Origin: Takakia lepidozioides
Taxonomy: Eukaryota > Plantae > Bryophyta
Assembly: GCA_030704615.1 (NCBI GenBank)
Contig: CM060733.1
Span: forward strand, 6,076,001-6,140,000
Direction: 5' to 3'
Length of the DNA: 64,000 nt
Part shown: positions 47,680 to 62,091 of the stretch, one piece after another
How the letters are laid out: every line of letters begins with the position of its first letter
How positions within the stretch are numbered: the first letter of the stretch is position 1
Translations under genes and position numbers: made by a program
The notes under the pieces: model-generated
Databases searched by the model: none
Told to the model about the DNA's origin: nothing
What the model saw: the letters and a program-made list of their open reading frames with translations, nothing else

Positions 47680-50600
47680 TTACTCATGATGATAATCAAA
47701 CACCTGAAAATCATTGTAGAGCAAAGTCCCTTCCTTCTGATAATGCAACAAGTAATAACATTGCTCACAGAAAAAGCAAGGGCTTGAAGGGGCTAGCTTG
47801 TCCCCGTAAGTCACTTTGCGTGCCCGGTAAATAGCACAGATGGAACATTTGCGGTGCCGTGCCCGTGGATGCCATTTTAATAGAGGGTAAGCTGTGATAT
47901 CTTGAATGTCCTCTCCATGGGTCAATCTCACGTCCCGAATCACCAGCACATGCTTGCAATCCCCCTGATACAAAATGCTTAGGTGTGGGTGTGTGTGAGA
48001 GAGAGAGCGATCCTTCTTCATAGGTTAGGGCATTGCAGCCCCGCCATAACAAGAGACCCAACTGAAAAACGGGATACACAAAGAGGGTGTTTTTGTATGC
48101 AACTAGTAACAATGTGCAGCATGATAAATTGGAAAACATAGTTACCTGATGACAGTAAAGGTACTGCGCTCCAATGCGGAATTGTAAATCTAGAAAGCAT
48201 GTGTCAGCCATGCTGGCTGCCCTGCAAGAGAATTGAAGTCCCATAGTACGCACAAACAGGTCAGTCCGAAGAGAAACCAATTCATCAATACAGTGAAAGA
48301 ATGAACTGGTTGGATGTTCGAGCCACGGAGAGATGTCCCTCTCCCAATCTATATGGCAGATGGCAAACTGCCTGCTCCTTTTCTTCTCTCATCTTCTGGA
48401 TAGAATGTTCAATTCGACCATAGCAGCCATGTTGAAATTATCACTATATCTCAATTCAAACGCACTTCAGAATGAGTGTGGGAGCCCATTTAAGTAGACA
48501 ATTGTACGTCACCAAATAAAGATGAAAAGGGGGAGATTGGCCAACTTCACAAGCTGATGTCACCACTACCACATTGAATGTTAAATCTCCGGAGGTTGTT
48601 CTGCCACAAACCCTGATTGAGAGAGAGGGAAATGAAATGGTACTTTATAATGTCCGCGGAAAGTTCAAAGAGCTTATGGGACAAAATGGAAAAGAAAAAT
48701 GAGAGAGGAAACAAAACCAGAGCCAAAAAAACAACTACTGCACGAGGGATTGTCTAAGGGTCAAGGTCTCGTGCAGGTAAGCTGCCAAGCATTGAGGGAG
48801 AAAGACATACCTGAAAGTAGGGAGCCCACTGCTGTCAGCAGGTGCATTTGGTAAACCCCGCACTCTTCTCACATCTGTAGACCCTCCTACCAATTTCCAC
48901 CTTTCTGTGGCTTCTTGTGTTTCATGTGCCCACTTTATTATGGGCATGCTGTAGTCGATAGCTTTTGGATCCCTCATATCGTTGTAGAACACATCCTGTG
49001 ATCATATTCAATGTGGTCCATTAGGTACAGTACATGTATCTGGATTAACCAACAATGCAAAATAATACCAACATTTACAATCATATATTAGATACCCAAC
49101 CAAACCATGCATCAGCATGCCCCACTACATTGCAACTCCATTTAAAGGCGATCACAGACATCTCTCAAACCCCAGGGCAACACGACCCTGGAATGATGGT
49201 CCAATAACCACGTAAACGTAGGCAGATTATGGTAAATCAGGGTAGGAGGGAACCTCGATCAGAAAGTAGCCTGATGGCACTTTCAACTTGCTCTTCTCTG
49301 CCAATTCATCAGTGAGACAGTAGATGCGGTCCCGCAGAGCTGTGAGAGGTTGACTCCCAAGAAGCAAAAACTCCTGTGTCTGCATCTCATCCCAGCCTAT
49401 TATATTGCAAAAACTCTCTTACTCTCTCTGACAAGGCTTGGTGTGAGTTTTCCTACAACTGTAACTGGGATGCGCGTAAACAAAAGCGATTCAATCAGCT
49501 AAAAGCAAAGCTATGGATCTCAACTAAAATTTTCCACTGTAGAGGGATTAATACTGGAGTTACCGCATGGTCCTCCATACTGGAGCATGGAGGACCATGC
49601 TCTGCGATGTAATTAGGCCGGCCTTGGAGTACGCATCTGCTGTGTGCATCCACAATTGCAACCATGCTAAATCTCTAGAATGCACTCAGGTTGAAGTGCT
49701 CAAAGAAAGCATGTCAAGCTTGTTGTAGAACAGCTAATGTGGCTGTTCGGGACAAGTTTGGCATACCTCCCTTAAGCTCTTGATGTGACGAATTCAAGGT
49801 CAGATGGTGGGGTCAGTTGAATTGCATGCCTAATACCAGATACCCTAAAATATTCGGAAGCAAGACCGTCCTGTTAAACAGGCTCAGTCTTGGCAGAAAA
49901 GGGTAGAAGAGATTTTCAAGTATCTGAATATTAGTCCAGAAGAAATGACCCTACTGGATGAAGCTGACCTGGAGCGGGTTGATTCCAAAGCCATGTCTGA
50001 TGCCTGTCCGATGAAAATGAGGATAGGCATAAAACTTCCCTGAACTTGTTTCCAGTCTGTGACAAGGGCAAGGACCTTAAAGATGAACTGAAGGGCCTTT
50101 ACCTTCCACACTGCACTGATTTACACTCGAGGCGGGGAACCTACCTTTGAACAATAAACAGACGCAGAGAGGAAAAGGTGATGTAATAGCCCGATGTATG
50201 GGAAACCTGAAGACAATATCCATCTTCTGATAAATTGTCCAGGATATTCTCACCAGAGAGTGACCCCCTTCAGGAACATCAAGAACATGTTCCTGCAGCT
50301 CTGTTCACCAACTTCGAAAATCTCGAGGCTGAGCCTAAAGCCCTGGCCCTGTTGGGGTCTACCTTTTGGGCTACTCACACACAGGAAGTTGATGCTTGTG
50401 TGAAGGGTTTTCTAGAGGATATCTGGAAAGTCCGAACTAATTGTCTTTACCAAGGTAAGTCACACTACCAGGTGAGTCCTTCACAAAGGTAGTTTCTACT
50501 CCCTATGTTTCCGTCCCAACTCTATGGCCACAAAGCTACAGCAAACAAAGTCTTATGAGTACATTCTCACATGGCTTGTCTGCGGCCGCAAAGCTATGGC

Positions 50601-53299
50601 AGGCAACGTCTATGACGTAATCATCAACATCTCTCTTGAACACTTGTATACACAACTGTCAGCAAGGGCAAACCTTGTCATGCTTTCTGAGACTGTGGTA
50701 GAGCTCCACCACAAGCACTGCTTCTGTTGGCTTCACTGCTTCCATCTCCTCATTTTGTGGAGCAGCTATAGTGGGAAACTGTCTCCATATACCCACCCAC
50801 AACCAGAAATCTTTTAGTAGTTCATAGATAGGGAGGTTGGGAGGAGACATATTCAAGGCATGCATTTATAGATACAGGAATATATTTCTAAGCAAAAAAC
50901 ACCCCTGCTTATACCTTCAATGTGGAAGTGAAGAACTTCAGTTTGCGCAACTGCTTCTTATGTTCACGATCTGCTGCCTCACGCTCCTGCTTGAAACTGT
51001 AAGCAATTGTATCAACATTCTTGGCCAAATATCTGACCTGTGAGCAACTAAAGGGGACTGCACAGCCAGAGATTTAGAGAGAGGGGGAAACTAAGAAATC
51101 ATTGGACCATAAGCACTGGATCACTGAATATTTTGGTTACTGGAAAATGACTCAAATTGTTGACAGTACCGCAAAGAGTGTAGGTTAGCATTAGCTTTGG
51201 CAGCATCCCTCTCCTGCCTAATTTTTGCCAATGTCCCCTCACGGCTTGCAGCTGCAGCATCCTGCAAGGCACAAAAACTCGAACACAGCCTGAGTGATGG
51301 ATACAGAGAGAGTAAGCCTAGGAAATTCTTGCAAGCTAACTGTGTGGTGCAGGTTGTAACGTTGTAACCATGCACACAACTTTCACTCTGGGCTTTGTTT
51401 CCTCTCACAGCTAGGGGTGCCGAGCTTGGTCATAGTTATGTATACTAGTGTCACTGTTCGGCTGAAGTCCCGGGAAAGATGAGGATATGAAAACCTGCAT
51501 AGGCTGCACACTAAGTATTGAACACTAATCTCCGTGCAAACATGCCAACGTGCCCACATGATTGGGACAAGCAGCCCAAGTGCAATGTGCCTATCTGCTC
51601 ACAACCCTTGCTCTTTCTGTGCCCCTTTCCTATACCTCTCACTACAGTAGAGAAGATATACCAGCGCAAATTTAGCAGCTCTTGCAGTTCGATCAAAAGG
51701 CCTCCCTCTCTTCTTTGACTTTTTTGGCCGTAGACTCTCCCTGTCCTGCACTTCTTCCCTGGTGCCTGGCCCTGATCCAATCCCTTCCTCGAAGGCAGCT
51801 TGGTCACCTTTTAGTTCCGGCAGGCCTCCTTCTGGAAGGTGCCCTCTCTCTTCATCAACCTCAGTTCCCTGAGGGTGAGTCACATTTGCAACTGACTGTG
51901 GCAGTGATGCAGATAACAGGTGTGTGGCCTCTCGAGGTCCAATTTGAGGTGTGGACTTGTCACTTGCTGAAACCAGCACTGCAATGATCTCCCCTTGATT
52001 GGATGTGCCTCCAGATTCTTCCTGTTGTATATCCTCCAAGGCTGTGTGCACCTCGAGGCCCTCTCCTCTGCTGCCATCTGTCAATGGGTTATCATGTACT
52101 GGTAACAGCTGTGTATGAGCTTCAGATTCAAGTTCGTTAGTGGAAATTTCGCTTGGCAATAGCAGATCTGCAACAGTCTCCCCAGGACTGGCTGCTACGC
52201 TCTCTCCAAGCAGTTCTGTGTCCTGTTGTTCGCTTTTTTCAATAAGAGCCGGCGTTCCCTGTTGCAATTAATGTACCAAAACTGAGACCAGCACCTTAAC
52301 AACTCCTTGAGCAACAAAGTATCTAGAGCACATAGTCAGAATTAGAGATCTACAAAAGAGACCACTGATGGGAGAGAATGAAGAGAGAAACGGTGGCAGT
52401 ACTTGTATGCGAGCCTTTTCCCCCAAATGTGGATGGAACAAAAGAGTGAGATGGCCTTGAGCACAGAGGTAAGGCAAAAAGCAAAGAAGAACGCTCGTAG
52501 CAGCAGGTATCCATGAGCAATATAAACACTCACCTGGAAGACCTCGGCCAGTGCATCGTCTACCAGCTGCGCGTCCGTCACAATCCTCAGGTCCTCCACT
52601 CTTTAGTCATTGGGGGAAAACCGAGAGTTACTACATACTTATAGAAGGTAGATTAGAAACTTCGCAAATAAAGGACAACCATTCAAACTACAATACAAAT
52701 TGGAGCAACTATCGGTCTAAACCATCGTCATACCAGAGACGGTGAGTGAGTATGTCCATGCACTTCGTATGCCCTTTAACAAGCAAACATCAACCATTCC
52801 ATACAAGCATAGCAAGCCTCAACAATCACGACCGTGAACGCTCAGAAAACATCACAACGAGCCTCCATACCACCAATGCAGCGAACTTACGAGATGTCGA
52901 TGTCATTTTCTTCCAGGGAGGTATCACTGAAATCTGAATCAAGGGCCTGCAAAGGCTCCAGATCTTGCTGTCAGAAATAGCTACGTTACCGATTGGCAAA
53001 GATATACTTATGGTCTCCTAACATCAACCATCCCCCCTTCCCCACTCTGTAACACTTACACAAACCGTCTAGGAAGAGAGGGAGGGAGAGAATAGGACAG
53101 AAGTCTATTAAACTGCATCTCCAATGTCAGACAGAGGAAAAGAGAAAGAGAGACGTACAGACAGAAGAGTGAGCCAAGAGTGTTGGAGGTCGCGCACACG
53201 GATGAGGCCAGAGACGAACCCTGGAACAAACAGAGGGCCACCTGGTGCGCACACTCCAACCCCTGCTTGCAACTCGTCTTCGCCTTCGTCTGTTTTCCA

Positions 53300-53305
<6 letters not shown>
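47680..53305 (-). CDS. SRD2: snRNA-activating protein complex 50-kDa subunit (SNAPC3/SNAP50, plant SRD2)
   Basis: Eleven in-frame exons: 53305-53159, 52967-52891, 52600-52534, 52258-51662, 51261-51170, 50996-50915, 50778-50674, 49379-49254, 48995-48811, 48221-48146, 47964-47680. Motifs GGPLFVP, TQEFLLLGSQPLTALRDRIYC, SGYFLIEDVFYNDMR, YLYCHQGDCKH, CSIC...PCFFCEQCYYLLHY. Confidence 0.94.
49700..50635 (+). mobile_element. Degenerate 3' end of an RTE-like LINE inside SRD2 intron 7 (antisense to the gene)
   Basis: Fragments CCRTANVAVRDKFGIPPL, VRWWGQLNCMPNTRYPK, EDNIHLLINCPGY and LALLGSTFW...FLEDIWKVR resemble non-LTR ORF2 C-termini. The 3' UTR has a duplicated ggcc.caaagcta motif. Confidence 0.65.

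Positions 53306-53336
<31 letters not shown>
53306..53336. repeat. (CT/GA)n microsatellite directly upstream of the SRD2 ATG
   Basis: About 15 CT units adjoin the start codon at 53305. Confidence 0.9.
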
Positions 53337-53339
<3 letters not shown>

Positions 53340-54606
53340 CCCTACACCCCGCCGAGTGCATCTACGTGACAAGTTTATGGCAATCAGATTTCATTCTCTC
53401 TTCGCCAAATGCACGTCCTACGTCCAGCGTCCCGGCTTCCCGGTCTGTCTCTCTGGAAAGCGTCCGAAATTCCATGTATAACAAACACGAACTACATCGC
53501 CATGCTTCTCTCTCTCACTCACACACAGGTAAGTGATTGGAATGCAGGCTTTTCATTACAATGAGTGCTAAAACTCTCCCAGGACGTGTTTGTGCGTGAT
53601 GCTCTGCGATTCGTTCCACAACATTGCTGTAATCCACGTGAAGCTGTTATCTGGGAGTTTGATCAGTCGTCATTCGTCAGATTTCATCAGCATCAAGAGA
53701 GTAGCGCAAACATGTGGATTGTGCGAGATAAGTCTGTACGCTTTTGTTTGAATAGATGGAGGCGGGGAGTGTCGGTGAGAGCAACTCCCACTCCCCTGTA
53801 ATGTTGAATCGTGATTTCGCGGCATTTGTCTCTTTCATGGAAGATGTAGAGTAGACCTAGTTCTGAGGTTTGCTAACTCGAGTGGAGGGAAGAAGATCAT
53901 GCCTACTCAATGATCTGGAGTACGTAAGCATTTCAGGTTTGATTCCATGAACTTTGCGTCCGAGCTGCTTTTCAGATTTCCCCGTCTAATGAGGATGCCA
54001 ACCTCTTTTGCCCGTCGTCTCGTTAGGCAGCACTTGAAATGAGCTGCTGTATCGGCAGAATCCTTAATCAGGTTGAGCAAACTCCATGATTGACAAACAT
54101 TGGCATGTCGTGCGCATGGTAAGAGACTGAGCACGCTATCTATATCGACGGATAACCTGACATTTTGGTCCGGTTTGAAAAAGTGTTGCAGTGGCAGGAC
54201 TCGTATTGTCATGTAATCTCCTCTCCAACTCTCCAGATTGTGATCATGGAGCAGCAGATCATGCTTGGAATCCTGATAAACACCTTATGTTGGCGTTCCA
54301 AATATCTGAGGGGAAGCTACTAGGTTTGTAAATGCAGACTGGAAGAAACATTTCACCAACCGCAATGCCTCATGCAATCTTGCACTTGAAAATTAGTTCA
54401 GACTGATTTTTTCAAATTGATATCATAAGTCAATCACTTAGGAGTTTGTACTCAGTTTTTCCACGGCGATCAAAAGATCTCCTTGCCGCCACCTTATAGA
54501 ATTTGAATAGGTCTAGTTCACAAAACATGTCACTGGAGAGATCGTTCCCACTGTGACGTGAATCACTTTGGATGAACAACATTACACTAAAAACTCGGAG
54601 GTGTTA

Positions 54607-56135
54607 CTAGTGCTTCAGCTTCTTAGCAATGCCAGCAATATACTTGCCCTGATGAAACGCTTGCTCCAACTCCAGTTTGCTTGGCTGCCGTGATCCGTCA
54701 CCAGCAAATGTGCCTGCACCATAGGGCGATCCTCCCTTCACTTGCTCCAGCTCAAACATACCCGCTCCAAATGTGTAGCCAATTGGCACAAATATAAGCC
54801 CATGATGAACCAATTGTGTTATGGCTGTCAACCTGTAAACTCAAAGACAGAGAAAGGAATGAAGAGCATCCAAATAAAATTAACTTTGAACAAAGATAAC
54901 TGTCGAAAAACGAGGCACTAGAAAGAGCAAGTATCAGCACATTGGTTGTTGGAATGTCTGTGTAGAGGAGAAACCCCCTCCTGGAGGAATTTGATACAGG
55001 GTATCAGCATGCAAGCTACTCCAGAGATCAAAGATTTATAAGATTACATTTCAGCGGACGACCTTCCCACCCATTTAGGGTGAGAAAGTATGTTGAGCAT
55101 AATATCACAACAATAGAGATGGAAGTTGAAGTGCCTTCTTACGCTAAACCATTGTGAGAGAGGAAGGTAAACTTACGCAGTAGTCTCTTGGCCTCCACCC
55201 TGGGAGGCAGTGCTGTAAAAGAGGCCAGCAGGCTTGCCTGCCAGCGACTGTGCTCTCCATAGACCACCAGTGGCATCCAGGAAGGCCTTAAACTGTGCAG
55301 CCATCATGCCATAGCGTGTGGGGAATCCCAAAATGAGCCCATCAGCATCTGCCAATTGCGATGGCCCAATTATTGGGACCTCCGACTTGGGAGGAGCGCT
55401 CATCTTTGCAAGCACATCTTCCGGCAGTGTCTCGGGCACCTGTCAGTATTCAACCATCTGCTTAGACAAATGCACTACTGGCCACTTTCTTTGCAGTTTT
55501 TCCAAAACTCTCAGCGCATACTGATCCATTGCTGATCAGCACATGCAAAATTCAAAGCTCTATCAGAGATTATAGCACTTAAAGGTTGGCTCTCCCGTAC
55601 GCTTATGATCAACAAATCTACAGAGTCTCTTTGAGCATGTCGAGCAGAAAAAGAGCATAAATGGCAGACCTGCCACAGAGTTGCCTGCACTCCCTCCACA
55701 GCATTAGCACCCTTTTGGATTTCCTCTGCCAGCTTCTCTACATGGCCATACATGGAGTAATACCTGCACAGTCAAGACATGTCGTTGGTAACAGAAAATT
55801 TTCAGCTCCTTCCGAACCACTGTTTGAAATTAAGACATTATGATTACCGGAATGAGGTGAAAGAATAACAAGAGTCACGCTTGGAAAGAAGATATGCGGC
55901 ATGTCATGTGAAAGGAGAAACTAGTAAAAAACCTTCAAAATCAATAGCACGAGATAGTTTCCAGCAACAGCAAAAAAAACACTTAGCAAGCAAAATAAAA
56001 TTCGTATACAAGCAGAAATAACAGAGGAATCCAAAAGCATTGAGAGGGACAGAAGAGGAATCCAAAACCATTTGCAAAACAATACATGAGAAACACTTAC
56101 ACAATGTATACTTTGGTGGGGAGGGTTGGGGCCAT
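54607..56135 (-). CDS. FQR1: Flavodoxin-like NAD(P)H:quinone oxidoreductase (WrbA/FQR1 family)
   Basis: Exons ~56135-56101 ([12 protein letters not shown]), 55763-55670 ([12 protein letters not shown]), 55439-55177 (VPETL...GFPTRYG...[13 protein letters not shown]) and 54832-54607 ([11 protein letters not shown]...GGSPYGAG). Confidence 0.97.
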
Positions 56136-58024
56136 TGTCACATGAGTAAGGAAAGAGATTGTTCAAAAAATGCTGGACTTTAGAGTCCCTAAATTGTTTT
56201 CTTAAAAAGAAAGGCCTCTGGAGTATGATGCACAGGTGTGTCTCCTTTTATGGCCCACAATCACATAAACAAGTTTACTAGGTCCAGATTGGAGGTAACA
56301 CGTAAATATCTGCACTAAAATAGTCACTGCGCGTCTGCTGCCACACAAACACTAACCTGAACTTAAACGTTCCATTTTGAACTCATTTCATGCGAATGTG
56401 TTATTTTTAACTCACTACTAGATTTTCTTAAAACAAGTTTGGCAATGAAAAATCTATATCGAGCACGACCGGTTTGAGAGTTACAATATTGTCTCTAATT
56501 TTGATTTGTTTGGATGTCTAGTAGATTGTAGGGAGATGTGCACACAGAGAGAAATATGTTATAGTTATTGTGGCAATTCCACTTCTGAAACTTGGACTCA
56601 AATTTTCGATGAGGCTTGGTATTGACGTTGTATCATGTTTGTGGATCGAATTGCCAAAGAGGGCATAGAAATAGTCCAACCATTTTGGATTCTCGTCCAC
56701 AACAACAAGTTAACCAAGCTGGAAAGAGAAAGAATGGACCAAAGAAAGTCTTTGAAAGAAGGGAGCCTCTTGGTGTCATAGTGTGAGTTTGGAAGCAACT
56801 TGCATTCTCCACATATCATGAGAAGTTGTTAACCAATTTTTACCTCAACTATATATTTCAATCCTCCATTGGCTTCTTACATTTCATGTCATACACCCAT
56901 TTTATCATGTGCTTGCTCAAAATATATAACTTTCGAGAACTCGTATCATATTAACTTGGAAGAGAGAAAACTCTGGCCAAAGCCGGCGTAACGAAGAGCC
57001 TCTTTGCCTTGTGGTTATTGTGCCATTTCGAGGGTGGGCCCTATGAGAGAACAGATAGTTGTGAGGTGGATTTCTTTGAAGCATTTGTGGCTGGGGGTAT
57101 TGAAGTGATGGGGGTATTGAAGTGGTTTTGAATCGCATTAAGACTAGCATTGTGGATGCCTCCTCAACTGGTGCCGGCAGTGAGCAGCCCGTCTTCCATT
57201 CTCAACGTCTGATATATAGCAAGGATAACAGCGCATATTTTTCACGTTTTAGGAGGGTAGACGTGTCTGGGTAACGTCGATCATGGCAATATGGTGACAT
57301 TTGGGGAGGGGGTGGAGGACGGGGGAGCGTTTATTGGTAAACTTGTAATGGGCAGGATGTTTGGATAGAGGTTGGTAGGGCACTTGCATGGTGGATGTGG
57401 TGTAGCCATGGGAGCTTTGTATGGTCCGGGGATCTACGCTAATATGTTCCGGCGTCAATGAGTGAAAACCAACGGGTTTATGTGTGTCTAATGAGCAATT
57501 TATGAATGTGCCACATAACGTGATTGTGTAGGGTTTATGCGTATACGGTGATGCGCAATCGAGAAGGTGTGGTCAAGTATCTCATTCCTGATGGGCATGT
57601 GGTATGTTTTGGCAAAAAGATATGTTTATATTGGTGCCCCATATCTTGTCTTTTAACCACACTTCTAGGGTGAGAATGCCACCGAGTATTACATAATGAG
57701 GTTAGATAGCATAGGAGCATGCTCACGTTGTCGTTTGTGACCATTAGAAAATATGCTATACATTTTGGGAATAAGTAAAAAATATGCTATGGCAAAACAG
57801 CACACGAGAGACATTCTGAAACTATTCCAAATTTAACCTAGCTATCGCGGATTACTGAAACCTAAGCATTGTTCATGACTGTGCTTACTCCATTCCAACC
57901 CCCGGTTTAAAACTTTAGTATCATATTCAGGTGAATTTTCTCATTTGCAAACAGATTTAGGAGCTGAATATACTATCGTACCTGCCTACGCAGTCCGACA
58001 ATAATTAAACCAAAAAACATGTTG

Positions 58025-58135
58025 TATATATATATATATATATAACTCTCCCCTGTGTTGGAATTCCTAGCAATTCAAACTCCAGACCTGCTCTCGTAAA
58101 CCATTGCATGCTACCATTGAGCTATTCACACACGT
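58025..58135 (-). mobile_element. tRNA-derived SINE-like remnant (family 2) with (TA)n tail
   Basis: The minus strand reads gaatagctcaatggtagc (A-box) ... gagtttgaattgc (degenerate B-box), followed by a TA run. Confidence 0.45.
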
Positions 58136-59930
58136 GTGCATTTGTTAGACTTTTCTAAATTATATATAATGAAAACTGTCGAATCTGCAGAAATTCCAAA
58201 AAGACTGCCGAACCTCTTCTTGAAGAAAAATTAATTATTCCGACGGAGCCATGATGAATAGCATGGGCAAGTACAGTAGTAAATTTCGCAATATCCCAAA
58301 ACTTTTGCAGCAAGACTTTTTGGATGATATTCTTTCTGGAGATTTTTGGAGATTGTTAATGATAACACCATTTCTCCATGAATACGTAATCTACTTGAGA
58401 AGCTAATAAGCAAGTCGTTGCCTCCGTTGCCCATGCTAAAGTACACATCAGAAAGTGGACACAGTTCCAGTTCTACATCACAAATTATCAAACCACTTAT
58501 GGTATACTAAAGCGGCCACTCACGTGCAAATCAGACAAACAATCTAATTTTGATATGCCCAATATTGTGGCCCTAGTGATGTCATTCAATGAGCATCCTT
58601 GAATATGTACAGTACACTTGCAATTATATAATCCAATAGCCTAAATGAAATCCAATTATACCCTAAAGGAAAATTTAAGCCTCATTCGCATTTAGTGCAT
58701 ATAACGTAAACTAATAACTCAGATCCCTAAGAACTCTCATTGTTCATAATACGCAAGCTTGAAAACAACCAGTCCCTGGCTGCGCCTATCTTACTCGATA
58801 CTACTTTTTACTCTACATAATTCAACCCCGAAAAGAGGTAGTAGCTGCAAGATGAAGTGGCTCATAGTTACGCGAGCTTAGGTGGAGTCCTCTCTCTCTC
58901 TCACATGTATGCTGGATGTCACCCATATTTTAGCCAATGTAGCTATAAATGGAATCATTGGATCAATAGGTATCTTTGAGACTTTCAAGCCTTTATGAGA
59001 GGTTTAATGGGCAACCCCAGTTAGAAGGATCCACGAATTAATGGCATTGGTTCCCTTGTTCCCCACAATGCTACTCCCCATGCTAGCTTTATGTTGGATT
59101 ATATTACGTCAAGCCAATCTTGCCATTTTTTAAAAATCACAATTGGATCAATTGGCGAAAGAGATGACTCTGGCCAAGGCCAGCGTAAAAAAAACAGCCA
59201 CTTCACCTTGCGGCTACTGCCCCTCAGGGGTGGGATGAATTGGCCACCTTATAATATGTGGGTACTAGCCTTCTGTCTTGGTTATTTTTTCCAAGACAAA
59301 CCGTTAGTAAGATTTATAAGGCTTCCTCCCATTTTATTTAATATGTAGTGTAATTAAAAACTATTAAATTATCCGTTAAGTCACCCTCTTCAAGTCACCC
59401 TCCCTTCCGCCCCTTGACATCCCCACAAATGCCTCTCGGCACGTATCCGTTAAGTCCATCTAACACAATACCAAAAAAGAAACTAGGGACGGCAATAGCA
59501 TGACCCCCACAAAAGTGCGGGCCTGACCCCTTTATGTGTGCGTGGGCCCCGCCCCAGCCTCCTGCCCGCTTACAATGCGCCATGCCACGTACTCGGATAG
59601 AAATGACAAAAACAAAAACAGGATGAAACGCGTAGGTTCATTTTTGTGCTATTTTGAGTTTGGTCCTCTTTTTTTTCCCCTTGTATTTTAATCGCCTAAT
59701 CTGTTGACATTTATTCCACTTCAACCTGTCTTTGGGCTAAAATGGCCTAACTCACCCTCCATCCCCTCGCCTCAACGGATAACTCTTATGTCTAGACAAG
59801 CCGCGTGATATGGGACGAGGCCTCCTTCATAATTACCATCGTTAATTAGTCAATACCAAAAAAATTCAAAGAGTTACATAGTTATAGAATCATTCTTAGC
59901 CATAAGATTGGTCATCTTTAACTAGACAAT

Positions 59931-60085
59931 CAAGTTGTACCTCAGTGGTAATGGGCATAAACCACCATAGAAGTAGTTATGGGTTTTGATGCACCGATTG
60001 GTGTCACAAAGGTGTCCACCTGCCCACTCGAAGGCAATAGCGCTTCAGGTTAAGAGACACCATAAGTTACGCTTCCGTTGGGAGG
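59931..60085 (+). mobile_element. tRNA-derived SINE (family 1), uninterrupted copy
   Basis: caagttgtacctcagtggtaatgggcataaacc...tgggttttgatgcaccgattggtgtcacaaaggtgtccacct, homologous to the 22098 and 22301 copies. Confidence 0.6.
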
Positions 60086-60411
60086 CGTCATACTTCTACT
60101 TTCCATCTTCAACTACCATAGAAAATTCCAAGAGATGATCACGTGAATAGGTTTTCCTGTTATGAACATGATCTCTGTCGGTGCAAGCTATCGGTGACTG
60201 TGGACAACACCTCACGTGCCGACACCATCTTTCAAATTGTTAATCATAGAGGGCACAACCATACCAATATCAATACAGAAAACGTGGTGAGATAGAATAT
60301 GACATCACACCAGCATGACCAAACATCCGATTTGCACAAGACACGTGATCTTCAATCAACATACGCCAATTTCATTGTTGAAGCAACCAGGACTAAACAT
60401 GATATATGTGG

Positions 60412-60607
60412 AGTCTAGCTAGGAGAGTACTTGGATTGGGCCCACCAGTTCCAACCATTACAATCGTCGTGGATGGACCAAGGGCCACTCATTGATTTGG
60501 AGAATGCAGTCTAGCTAGGAGAGTACTTGGATTGGGCCCACCAGTTCCAACCATTACAATCGTCGTGGATGGACCAAGGGCCACTCATTGATTTGGAGAA
60601 TGCAGTC
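60412..60607. repeat. Exact 96-bp tandem duplication
   Basis: agtctagctaggagagtacttgg...tttggagaatgc occurs twice with no visible mismatch. Confidence 0.95.
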
Positions 60608-61094
60608 CATCTAGTGGGCCTAGTAATTGTGAAATGCATAAATTATGTTGTTGCTTGTTACCATGCACTCTAGTTTCGTAAACTAATAAAACACATGGTG
60701 AGCCAACCGCACACACATTGCACACTTTTAAATTCATTCTTATCATAGGAATACGCGGTTGATCTCCAATAGCTCGCTCTAGGTCACCTTATAAGCGGTC
60801 ATGGGTTCCAAACCATATAGGTGTATGTGGGATGATCCAATGGATAGCCCAATCGTTAGGGCATAATATTACATCACTAGTGGGTGGGTTCAAAACTGCA
60901 TAAGTGTGTTATATGGTGTCACTTGAGCACTCGATCCTGAAGGCATACTATGTTTCAATTAAACACCCAATTACTTAATGTGTCGATACCTAGGGCCTGT
61001 CAAATCCTTGGGGAAGGTTGCCAACTACGTTGTCCATTGCCTTACCTTAATTATGACCATTAAGAGGAGTCTATGTTCCAAATGGAAAGCAAAT

Positions 61095-62091
61095 GAAAGA
61101 GTAGCCCTTCAAGATAAAGTGACACCATAAGTTATTTTTGCTTTGGCAAGAGTCTTCATCTCTCTCTGCAACTTGTCTCCATAGATTCCTTGTCTATGGG
61201 CGGTGCACATGGAACCTAATGGTGCACATTAATTGGGTCTCGTTTGAGTGTACGATTCTATTAAGGACCTATGCATATTTGTTTTGGCATTAATTGTGCA
61301 TGTTGCCATGTGCACCCATGACAAAGTTATGGAAGTTTTCCGTTGATCTCAACAACATTGACTCCATCTTGGCTATTCTATCTTGGATCAAACGTTCCTA
61401 GGTTGCTTTATTTGGCATCGATATTTCATCGATGTGGTAACTGAGTGACTTCCCTACATTTTCTAAACATCTATTGATGTACAATAATGGATATCTTCAT
61501 CCACTAGCCTTGCAATTTGAGATGGATTTGACCACCCCCACGTGCAACATATTATATATCATAAGTATTATATTGACCCATTGAAAGAGTAGCCCTTCAA
61601 GATAAGGTGACACCATAAGTTATAATTGTTTTGGCAACAGTCTTCATCTCTCTCTCTCTCTCACTTGTCTCCATAGATTCCTTGTCTATGGGCGTTGCAC
61701 ACTGAACCTAATGGTGCACATTAAATGGGTCTCGTTTGAGTGTACGATACTATTAAGGACCTATGCATATTTATTCGGGCACTAATTGTGCATGTTGCCA
61801 ATCATGCCATGTGCACCCATGACAAAGTTATGGAAGTTTCCGTTGATCTCAACGACATTCACTCCATCTTGGCTATTCTATCTTGGATCAAATGTTCATA
61901 GGTTGCTTTATTTGGCATCGATATTTCATCTTTATTTCATCGATGTGGTAACTGAGTGACTTCCGTACATTTTCTAAACATCTATTGATGCACAATTATG
62001 GATATCTTCATCCACTAGCCTTGCAATTTGAGATGGATTTGACCACCCCCATGTGCAACAGATATATCATAAGCTACGTATTGACCCATTG
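61095..62091. repeat. ~490-510 bp tandem duplication
   Basis: tgaaagagtagcccttcaagataa...attgacccattg at ~61095 and ~61582, with small indels. Confidence 0.95.

Noticed and set aside
56500-57500. Coding or retroelement remnant upstream of FQR1
   Set aside because: Short stop-interrupted frames with no motif I could assign.
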